Made by a program: the position numbers and the translations under genes. The notes under the pieces were generated by a model. It worked only from the letters and a program-made list of their open reading frames with translations. It ran no database searches and had not been told where the DNA came from. A stretch of DNA of 64,000 nucleotides from Octopus sinensis (lineage: Eukaryota): positions 46,934,001-46,998,000 of the forward strand of contig NC_043006.1 of the NCBI RefSeq assembly GCF_006345805.1, written 5' to 3'. Shown here piece after piece: positions 52,961 to 64,000 of this stretch. The first letter of the stretch is position 1. Each line of letters begins with the position of its first letter.

Positions 52961-53944
52961 TAAATATTCATGTGTGTGTTAGTATTTCTGTGTGTACACT
53001 TCTATTTCTAATTACATAAACCTCTGCGTATGTAATTGCTCTCACACATGAATCTGTCCATGAAACTCTAAATCAATGCACATATACTTCCATACGCACT
53101 TTTATATCTATGGCAACTAATTAAGATTTGCGAATATTCATAACGATTAATAAATAGCTAGAGAGAAGAGAGCCAATGAGAAAGAGAGAGAGAGCAAGAG
53201 AGCGGGAGAGAGAGAGAGTGAGAGAGAGAGAGAGGTAGATAGAGAAAGTGAGAAAAATAGAGAAAGTTTAACTCTGTCATTTAATCGGAGGAGTTTAAGC
53301 TTGAAATTAAATTATTAATTTCATTAAAATATATGCATTTTCATGCCCCAACGTCGTCTCTGCACTTGAACCGTCATCATTTTTCTTAACCTTATGTGCA
53401 TTATTTTACAAGTATTAGAATCATATTTGATACACAGCTTGTAGGATAGGTTGATTCACTTTGCACTGAACGACTTTCTTTAATCAAATAATACAATACT
53501 CGCTAAATGCTAGTTTCTTGGCAAATATTCTATTAAATAGGTGCGTTTATTACGGCAGTATCGTAATTAGTGAATACAGGTCAATCGAGTGACGATCGGC
53601 TATTTTGAAAAAAAAAAGGTCAACTGCATCCATTTTGCGGTTGGAGACACATCATGCCATCAGGTTTAATGACGCCCCCTTTTCTTTTGTCTCTTTTATA
53701 AGAATTATGACTGTTCCGTGTTTAGTGTTATCATTATGACGTTCTCTCGAAGCAATGTATTAATGTATTGTAGCTGGGAAGCTACATCAGTGACAAAAGC
53801 GCCGAAAATCTCGTCCAAGCGCATTCATCAATGCAAAAAATTAAGAGAAAGATTGATATGAGTCTACGCAAGATGCTTCGAGCCTCAGATTTACAGATGA
53901 AGCTTTTTCCGATATAATAATTAATAAAAAGGTATGTGCTAAAC

Positions 53945-54275
53945 CAACCCCTTCTGTCGTGAATGACCATGGGATTGCACCTAGAAAGTTTCTCTCCAAA
54001 GCATAAGCCCGGGAAAGGTTGTTTACGGAAGACCATCAGTCGCCCATGCATACCAGCCTACCCTATCCGCGTCATCAATGTTATCCAAAGGAAAGTTAAA
54101 GACCGATATTTTGGCACCTGTGACGTCGCAACTCATTTCTACAGCCACGTGAACTGGAGCACTGTGAAATAATGAGTTTTGTTTAAGAACACAATACATA
54201 GACCTGCCCGGTAATCGAACACCCTACCTCATGATTGTGAACCCGATGCTCTAACCACTTAACCATGCGCCTTCA
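53945..54275 (-). mobile_element. tRNA-derived SINE family C
   Basis: Shares GATTGCACCTAGAAAGTT, CAGTCGCCCA.GCATACCAG and GTGACGTCGCAACTCATTTCTACAGC with 47080; head GGCGCATGGTTAAGTGGTTAGAGC on the minus strand. Confidence 0.85.
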
Positions 54276-56097
54276 ATGATAAATATATAAACAAATTTAT
54301 TTACAGACTTCCATAGATCATGTTTGCATTAATAATCCTATACATTTCTGTGTGTGTGTTTGTGTGCATCTCTAAATATGCATGTATTTACGTGTGTCTG
54401 ATATGTGCATATGTGCATTTTAGCATACTTGTCAGACCACTCAGCAATAGACCCTCCCCGATTGTTTAATGCAAACGTATATAAAATCACTCTGAACATT
54501 TTCAAGATATCAAAGAAAATAACGACGTTCGGTTTTCTTTCTCTCTATTTGTTCCTTATTGTCTGCCAGCGCTTTTTTCAGTCTATCGGTCTGCCTGCCT
54601 GCCAGCCAGTCTACCTCTGACTCTGTCCGTTTGTCGCTTTCTCCCTCTCTGAAAGTGCTACTCCATGGAGAGCCGGATGTCGTCGTGACGGTCTGTATCA
54701 ATGTCTGATAATTCATGATTTTTAAGCAAAAACATCAAGTGGTTACAGTGTACTCTGTGCGTCGTCAGAGAAAAAGCAACAACTGTCATATAAAATTTAT
54801 CCTAATTAATTGTAAAAGATATCCTCTATAAAATTCCGTACAACAGAATATATATTTTTCAACAAAGATATAATATTTTATTTGGGAATACATTGCAGTG
54901 TGTTAACGTTTTATTCCTAAAAAAATAAAATCTTTCTGGGCTTTCAACTATCATCTAATCATATTAAGGTGATCAATTCCAGTACCTCAAGGATAATAGA
55001 ATAGACCATGAAGAAACAACTATAAATAAAGCAGTACTGTATAACATTTTACCTTAAACACTACCTAAATGGAGAGGGGTTGACATTATGCATTCATAAT
55101 GTTCAAAGGTACTGGAGACACAAAGGACTATATGCCTTCTACTACAACTTTGAGTCAACCCTAAATGTTACCTGTAAAATACGTTGGGAGTAATTCCGTC
55201 GAAACACTGTAACTGAACGATTACTGCTCTTCGTCCGTCGTTCGGATGACCTCCAGCACCCGTTCTCGAGTATCTTTAATGGAGTCCACTTCATCGCAAG
55301 CATCAGGATTACATTTCCAGTGAAGATTGCATCCTCTCTTCCATTCATCATAAAGGCTTTAAAAACATGCTCCTGAGCGCTCAAAGCCATTGAAAGTCTT
55401 TTTCTTTTGTAAGATCTTTTTTTTGTAATCTTCCTATTCCAATCTAGAAATACAGTAGACAGACCTATACATAGATGTTTACCACTTACCAGTAAATTGC
55501 TTGTTATATCTCGTGCTTAGTATCACTTAAGATAATATTCTTGAGAGGCTACATGGTAATACACAACGTAAATATCATGTAACTTCACAAATTTTTATAC
55601 GAATACATACACATATACATACATATACACACACATATAAGTAATGTAAAATCATTTAAGTGTACACTATTTATGTAATATGTAAAGCCATTTATAATAC
55701 AGCAAGCAAAAAAGTAAAATGAAGCGTGAAAAGAGAATTCTAACGAAAGAATTATATTCTCTTTACTGCTAATATCATCCATATTTTTAAAAACTTCGTA
55801 CAATTGACTTTTTCAGACATAAAATATCAATAATTTCACTGAATCGTAATGTTTAGCATATTTATGATATATTCATCGATGTATTATATATTTTAAATCC
55901 TTTTCGTAGATTTTAAATGAGAATTTAATGTGAAATGGAAATACTGCGCAAATATTTACCTTTTTATGTCTGGAAAAAAAAAATAATAATAATAATGATA
56001 ATAATATTCATGAGGATGATAATATTAATAACAGCAATAACAACAATACATCTTGTTGTTGTTGTTCTTGTTGTTATTGTTCTTCTTCTTTTTCTTC

Positions 56098-56131
<34 letters not shown>

Positions 56132-56167
56132 TAATAAAAATAATAATAATTATAATAACAATAATAT

Positions 56168-56380
56168 TTTCTACTGGAGGCAAAAGGCCTCAAATTTGGC
56201 GGGAGGTGTTAAGTCGATTACATCGACCTCAGTGTTTCTCTAGTACTTAATTAATCGACTCCAGAAGGATGAAAGGCCAAGTTGACTTCGGCAGAATCTG
56301 AACTCAGAGCGTAGCGATGGGCGAAATACCGATAAGCATTTTCGTCTAGTGTGTTAATGCTTTTGCAATGTGGTTGCTTT
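56168..56380 (-). mobile_element. SINE family A within TAA-rich flanks
   Basis: AAGTCGATTACATCGACC...AAGGATGAAAGGC...GAACTCAGAGCGTAG...GAAATACCGATAAGCATTT. Confidence 0.8.
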
Positions 56381-58091
56381 AAATAATAGTATTCATAATA
56401 ATGATAACAACAAGAACAACAACAACGGTTACAAGAAGTAACCTGCTATCCACATGAATCCGATCAGGAATGAGACCGAACCTGAACCAAACCAAATTAA
56501 TATGGCGGTCAACCGTTAAACAGCACCTCAGATTTCTTTAAAAACGCCTGCATTCATTTTAAATTTCGTACCATGATGAACAAGAAGTTATCTACAGACA
56601 GGTGGTGAGTTTGCCTTGTATGTAGTCCCCCAATATTTGGGTGGGGTGGGGTGGGGTAAGTGTCGACTTAATTTTACTGCCACTTGCAAAATTTCGTTTT
56701 TGACCTCTGTGGAGAAAACACCAGAGGAATTAGTCTAGCTTATTAAAGAGAGTGATGGGGAGAGTAACGAGAGTTTCAGAGATTAATGAGAGCAGATGTA
56801 AGCATCAAAGCACGCAGCGTCGTTGTTTAAACTGATGACAGCTTAAGGTTGAAAAGTAACAAAAACATTGAAGATGAACAGCAGAAACAGAAAACATACA
56901 ACGGAGTCAATACCACCACCATCACTACCACTATTACCACCTCCACCATCGGCAACAACACTGACAACAATGTAAAGTAGATACAAAACAAGGAAAGGAT
57001 TAGCAAATGCACAAACACCAGCACAAAAATCCAAAGCTTCGTTATCACTAACACCAATAACAATAACTCCATCTCGGCTATGACTACAAATAATAAAAAC
57101 AATAGCAGCAACAACATTATGAAAGCTAATGAGGCGGCATCTGTCGATGAATACAGCACGTCATTGAGAGGGATTTTAGAATGCAGTTCGCAATCCCAGC
57201 TCGAGATATGGATGTTTTGAGGGGAAAAAAATCGCTTACATACAAGCAATACATACTGAGAAATGCTTGATAGACTTCTGGATTTAATATGACATTTAAC
57301 AAAGAGATAGAGTTTGGCTCCCTTGTCAGAGTTATACTCGACCACGGAAAAAGCAAAATCTTAAACGATCCAGATGGGGGTCATCGGAAGAGCATATTTC
57401 AATTCCCTCTTATATGGAGAAATAGATGAATAGAGTAATATTTTCAAATGTGCCTCCTGAACTGAATATACACTATTTCGAGATGATTCGGGAATATGGG
57501 GAGATATGTATCATGGTGGAGGTGAAATATGGGGAGATACGCATCAAGGTGGAGGTGGAAATGCTGCTCAAAGCAAAGAATTTACAATTGCAGTCCACAT
57601 TTATATGGAGGACATGGAAACCATAGGAGGAATAGCGTAGTGGCCAGATAGGCAAAATGTTAAGTCTATTGGGTTACCAAATATCAAAAGGATTCCTAAT
57701 CTTAGATAATCAAATTATTCCACACCCATAGCCTACACCACAACCACATCAACACCAACACAAAATCATATGTAAGAAAAGACGCCGCCGAAGCATTGTT
57801 GGAAGTTGTCCAAATTTCCTAATATGAATGTCTTCCATAAGAGATTGCTTAAGCTATCATGTAGAGCCTTAAATAGCTCTTAGGAATTAATCGCTCCTAT
57901 GCAACATTACCCGTTTATAGACAGCAAGATTTGCACTTTCGCAGAAATCTAGCATTTTGTTGGCATTTCAATACAATTCTAAGTCTGATGTACCCAACAC
58001 ATACAATGTTCACTATTCTCTGATGTATTCTGTTTCTTCGTGTTACAGATTATGTGTTAAGAGTCCAGACACATCATAATAAGATATATAT

Positions 58092-58487
58092 TCTTTTCTC
58101 CTCTAGGCACAACGCCCGAAATTTTGGGGGAGAGGGACAGTCGATTGATTAGATCGATGACAGTACACAACTGGTACTTAATTTATCGACCCCGAGAAGA
58201 TGAAAGGCCAAGTCGACCTCGGCGGAAGTTGAACTCAAAGACAGACGAAATACCTATTTCTTTACTACCCACAAGGAGCTAAATACAGAGAGGACAAACA
58301 AGGACAGACAAACGGATTAAGTCGATTATATCGACCCCAGTGCGCAACTGGTACTTATTTAATCGACCCCGAAAAGATGAATGGCAAAGTCGACCTCGGC
58401 GGAGTTTGAACTCAGAACGTAGCAGCAGACGAAATACTGCCAAGCATTTCGCCTTGCTTGCTAACGTTTCTCCCAGCTCGCCGCCTT
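58092..58487 (-). mobile_element. SINE family A, heterodimeric copy with 16-bp TSD
   Basis: Head, body and tail 1, then second body and tail 2. Direct repeat ATAATAAGATATATAT at 58076-58091 and 58488-58503. Confidence 0.9.
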
Positions 58488-58762
58488 ATAATAAGATATA
58501 TATCATATATGTATAAACAGAAACTGAGAGATGTAGGCAGAGCGAAATATTGAGAAATGTTGACTCAGCTACCGACCTGTATTCAAATCCATACAATTCA
58601 AACTAAAGTATGTTGCGTGCTCTTTACTTCTCTTTCGCTCAGCCAGTTGCGTACGTATGTGTATGTGTGTGTTTGTATTTATATGTGTATGTCTGCGTGC
58701 ATCTGTGTGTGTGTATTTATATTGATACATATATATATATATATGTACATACAAACACCCAA

Positions 58763-58871
<109 letters not shown>

Positions 58872-59317
58872 GTATATGTTTCGAGGCTATCATATTTGTT
58901 TCTTGCTTTTCATATAATACTTATGCAGAGATTATTGGATTATTGTATCATTATCTTTATACAGATATTGTATAACTTTCTTGATCGTGATTGCATAAGA
59001 TTTCCAACACATTTTCTGTAATAATATAAAAAAATATACAAAGGCTAAAAATAAAAAAAAAGCAAATAAAAAATGAATAAAAAAAAGAAAAAAAAAGTAT
59101 TATAATGCATAACTTCGTCAGATATGTTATAATGATATGTTACTGTCTGGTTATGTTTCCTCTAAGTATACGTAGTCAATACATTGAAAGATTAAATCTG
59201 ATACATAGGGAAACTAAGTAAATCTCAAGTAGGGCTTTATTGGAGACTTACTTATAAACGTGTAAGACGTACTGATAGATGACATATATCAAGACGGACA
59301 TCTATATATATAAATGC

Positions 59318-59350
<33 letters not shown>

Positions 59351-60795
59351 CGTATACATATATATATATATACATATATATGTGTATATATGTATATATA
59401 TATATATGTATGTATATATATATGCATATATATATATAAATGTATATGTATATGTCTCTCTCTCTCTATGTATATATGTATGTATTTATATTATTATTGA
59501 TAATAATAATACTAATGGTATTTCATAACAGTGGTGGTTTTGGGAGTCGTAGTGTTAGTAGTTTTATTGGTCATAGTAGCGAACAGTAGCAGCTGCCATG
59601 AAGTTAGAAAAAAAACCACAATGTAGAATGTAAGAAAGTCAATAGTAACAATGGAATATCAAGACCACAGACACAAAGAATATCCACTACAACAAAGGTG
59701 CTTACTAGGAATTGAAGTAGCGTACGTGTCAATCATATTAAGAAATGTAGTTATATGTCGTTTGAGTAAAACAAACGATTTCTTTAGAAAGAAGTTTCAT
59801 ATCTGGCACGACATAGTTGAAATATACCTGAACAAGTTTGTGTTGACAGATCAGATTATATTGTAATAAAATAGTTATTTTTCTCTTAAACTGCGAAATT
59901 CACTTGTTTTATATACCGTTGTTTTATATATTGGCAAAATATTTTGCTTTACATTATTTCGGTTTGGGGGAAAATTGGTTTGAGTAGGCGGTTATGAGAT
60001 GCGGACTGTATGTATTACATGGGAGGTGGAAACTACAAGAGGCTGCGGCACAAGTTTAGCCGTTTTGAGAAGCTTTAGGGGTATAAAATACAGCAAGTGT
60101 GAACATTATTTCCGGGTGTATGTCTTGAGTTTTAGCAAGTAATTTCAGGCTAACCAGGCCAATCAGTAGTTGATCTATTCTAGCATGCAACAATGCAGTA
60201 TCAACCTCGTTCCAGATGTGAAAGTTGGTACGCCACTGCAGTTTTCACCTCAGACATGTATAGGTTTACCAGCTGTGATGCATTATTAGCTGCTGAAGGT
60301 TAAAGTATTTTATGGCACTAAATACAGAGAATTCCGATGTCGTTTGTGAGTCCTCATATTGGTAGTGACCTTGAGATTACTTGGTGCGTGTTGTCTATGA
60401 TTACAATACAGCTTCCGTACATAAACAACTCGCAAATAGTATTAAAGGACGCTTGAAAGTAGCTTATATATGTTGTATTTCTTTCATGGGTTCATTCTAA
60501 ATTTTCAAACACTGTAGAAAGTCTGTAATTGATACACCGGGTTCAAACATTTATCGCCGATCATCCGGAAAACCCAGTGGTATCATTGCAAAAGAACATA
60601 GGATTATATTAATATCTATGTGTTTTATTCACAACTATTCGGGTTCGACTTCAAAAGTTAACCGCTTCAATAATTAGTTCAATAATCGTTTCAAAGGTAG
60701 GCTTGCTCAATTAGCTTCAGTTCTATATAAGTCATTAATTTAATAATCTTATTAAATATACTGCTGATAAAAAGTGAACATCTTTAACACAAAAT

Positions 60796-60977
60796 AGGCG
60801 TAGGAGTGGCTGTGTGGTAAGTAACTTGCTTACAAACAGCATGGTTCCGGGCTCAGTCCCACTGCGTGGCATCTTGTGCAAGTGTCTTCTACTATAACCT
60901 CAGGCCGACCAAAGCCTTGTGAGTGGATTTGGTAAACGGAAACTGAAAGAAGCCCGTCGTATATATATATATATATG

Positions 60978-61070
<93 letters not shown>

Positions 61071-61314
61071 TGTGTGTGTGTCTGTTTGTGTGTATGTTTG
61101 TGTGTCTGTGCTTGTCCCCCCAACATCGCTCGGCAACTGATGCTGGTGTCTTTACGTCCCCCTAACTTAGCGGCCCGGCCAGAGAGACCGATAGAATAAG
61201 TACTAGGCTAAGAAAGAATAAGTTCTGGGGGCCGATCCGCTCGACTAAAGGCAGTGCTCCAGCATGACCACTGTCACATGACTGAAACAAGTAACAGAGT
61301 AAAATAGTAAGAGT
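60796..61314 (+). mobile_element. SINE family B, full length
   Basis: Head GTGGCTGTGTGGTAAG...GGGCTCAGTCCC, arm 1 ending GAAAGAAGCCCGTCG, (TA)n(TG)n at 60960-61110, arm 2 and a GAGTAA-like tail. Confidence 0.9.
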
Positions 61315-64000
61315 AGAAAGTTAGACATTCAACATTTGTCAACATTTTTGATAACGATATAAAATCCTGATTATATAGCATTATAAATGAAATCCAGCAA
61401 TGATTTATGGAAACGAACTAACTATCATAATTTACAATTCTTTATTAAGAACAAAATTATAGGTACAGTTCCTATATTATAGGTACACTTCCAACGCCAA
61501 GTATTTTCCTTGTACACTTCCAACGCCAAGTATTTTGCTTGTTAAACTCTTGAAACAATACCTGGTAATTTTCAACATGTTCTGAATATTTAAGCTTCAA
61601 ATTTTCCAAAAAAAGTGATTTCTGTCTTCCACATAACTTTACGTGAAAACCATAATATTAGATATTGCACAAGTCAGATTTCTCATGAAAAATGAGTAAT
61701 TTTCCTAGTGGTGTAAAAGGATTGTCATTACATCAAGTTCTACTTTTCCCTTTCTCCCGAACGGATCGTTGTTCTTTACTCCATCATTTTAACTCACTAC
61801 TGTATGATGATAATATATCACAGCGATATAATATCCATCGCAGGCAATGTCTTGAGTTAACTATGTAAATGGAGCTTTTGTGTCAAGACGTAAGAATTAA
61901 ATTGATTTAAATTAATTACAGTGTTGAAATCTCTACTTCTCCGAGGTCAAATATCACCTGATTTAATGCTACTACGCCCCACTCTAAGAATATGTATTAA
62001 TGTGGATCATTTAAATCAAATTTTCTCTAAGCCCTAAAAAGTTTGTTTCTCTGCCAAGTCAAAAGAAAACTACATTGTGCTCCATAATATAGCTGTAGCT
62101 TAACATTATAATATAGTACTAACCGCAATAAAATGCAGCTATATATTGGAAGACCAGCACAGAGAAAGCCAATCCCCAGTAAAACGCATACACGAAATCA
62201 ACTAAGTACATAACCACAAATACTATCATATGCACACATGCACACACACAAACACACGCACGCATACACAGACATAACACACACATATGACTTCCAATGA
62301 TATAATTCAATAGCGAACATAATAAAAACACAACTAGAAAGTTTGAAGTAGAAGCTGAATGTTTGCCCTGGGCAGTGTGCCAATACATTTCTTTCCTGCA
62401 TCTGAATTTGGCACATCTCAACGGAACCTGAAAGCCAAAACTAATTCTATGAATGAAATCTCCGACTCATTTTATAGTTGAAATATACGCCCTACTCGAA
62501 AATCTAACCTAAAGTCATATTCTTTAGGTATGGCATCTACACGCCAGTGGACGTAACAACCAGCTATGTAGGTCAACAGCCGCATCGCTTTTATCGATCA
62601 CTTGTATCGTATGGGTAACTTTAACATAAACAGAAGAATAATTGTTGAAGTACTGAGAAAAGCGAGTAAGCGACGTGTGTATCTGTATGTGTGATTGTAT
62701 ATCTGTGTGTGCCTATGTGAGCGTGTAAGAGGGTGAGGGGGAAACGATCAATGTATTTATGTATTATTTCATTTAATAAATATCCTAATTACTTCTATTT
62801 AATAGTTCCACAACACCCCTACGTCCTGTTTGATGCGAAACATGCCCTACACGAAAGTCAATCATGCGTTTAATTAATCGTTTCTTTATTATTTTAACAA
62901 GGTCACTAGGTGAGGCAACTCTTCTACGACAGTTTACAAAAATCGAATTGAAATCGAAGGAAATAAATCAAACTTCGTGGTATACAAATTATAGATGAGG
63001 GATGTTAGAGGGGCATGGCTACCATCACGAGCCAGTATTCCTATTTATTTGTTTGCTTATTCTTCATGATTCCCCTATAAAAGAAAAGATAAATTGGCTG
63101 AAATAATTTACTGAAATTTTCAAATTAATTCATTTAAAACTGAATTTTCAAGCAGCGTATTTTCTCTAAGATGTTAGACACGTAAACAAAACTAGAAAAT
63201 GGCGTTAAATAGATTAATGTAAATAAAATATTGGACGAGGAAAGTGGATTTTGATATCATTGCAATAAATTAACTTACAGCCAGGCAGGTAAAGCTGTAC
63301 CATGCTAAATCATAGAAGGTTGCATTCATTCGTAAATAACACAAATCATTGTCAAAACAAATTTGCTATCTTTCGGTGAGAGTGATATTTAGAATCACTA
63401 TTTTCTTATCACGATAAAACTGTGGTGTTGCTTCAACCTGGCCATCACTACAATATGTTGACCTAAGCAACGAAAAATATTAAATAAACACGCTTTGCAC
63501 TATGTACAGATGGAATAAACAACAGTGATTCTTTTCCCTACATCGAGATTGCAGGCGCTACTTAATGATACTGCAGGCACTTCTGTTGATGACAAAGATT
63601 TTACAATGTTGTAAAGATACCTGTATATTCAGCTTTTTACAATGTTGGAAAGACTCCTGTATATTTCAGGGCCACAATCCTGCATACTTTGCCTCGTAGT
63701 CTGTACGCTTTGTGAGGAGTGTATTTGCTTTCGCCTGTAGCATTGTTCAATCTGTCATACAATAAAGATCTATTGGAATATGCCACATTTGGTAGATTGC
63801 TGTGACGTTAGGCAAAGAGTGTTTATCTCATATTTAACCACACAAACTTGAATTATTGAATGGTAAGCTATCAGCCTCAGTTACAATGTGTATTGTTGAT
63901 AAACCTATACAGAAAAAAAAAGGTATTTTCGAATGTTTATAAGTGATAACGAGAACCAATCCTTCATGATTGGTGATAAGAGATATATAACAGTGACCGG

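Noticed and set aside
53774-53917. 47-codon frame LGSYISDKSAENLVQ...KLFPI* after an AG
   Set aside because: Weak polypyrimidine tract, short, no recognisable homology.
56831-56860. CTGATGA...GAAA hammerhead-like string (also at 7482 and within the 556-bp element)
   Set aside because: No convincing stem I/III or cleavage triplet.
61483-61540. 29-bp tandem duplication (also a ~35-bp one at 63599-63670 and an 11-bp hairpin at 50548-50573)
   Set aside because: Isolated local events with no further structure.

Overview
AT-rich, repeat-dense animal genomic DNA. The repeat complement suggests a coleoid cephalopod such as Octopus, but this is an inference. I can find no confidently identifiable host protein-coding gene, and most of the supplied ORFs are translations of microsatellites. 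The recognisable content is as follows. (i) Three divergent 3' fragments of restriction-like-endonuclease (RLE, R4/Dong-type) LINEs, two ending in (TAA)n, plus one decayed RTE-type LINE. (ii) Several mariner/Tc1 relics and one TIR MITE carrying (CCCTAA)3. (iii) At least four tRNA-derived SINE families, including head-to-tail dimers inserted with TSDs and a family with an internal microsatellite. (iv) Segments with minimal hammerhead-ribozyme-like cores of the kind known from Penelope-like elements. (v) Long foldback hairpins and very abundant di-, tri- and tetranucleotide arrays. The most interesting locus is 27.9-29.0 kb. There a tRNA-like head, a (TAA)n spacer and a hammerhead-bearing body are joined, faced by an inverted second hammerhead body with a compensatory base-pair change. 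Between them lies a ~556-bp ORF-less element embedded in TAA repeats. All alignments and translations outside the ORF track were done by eye, and boundaries of degenerate elements are approximate.
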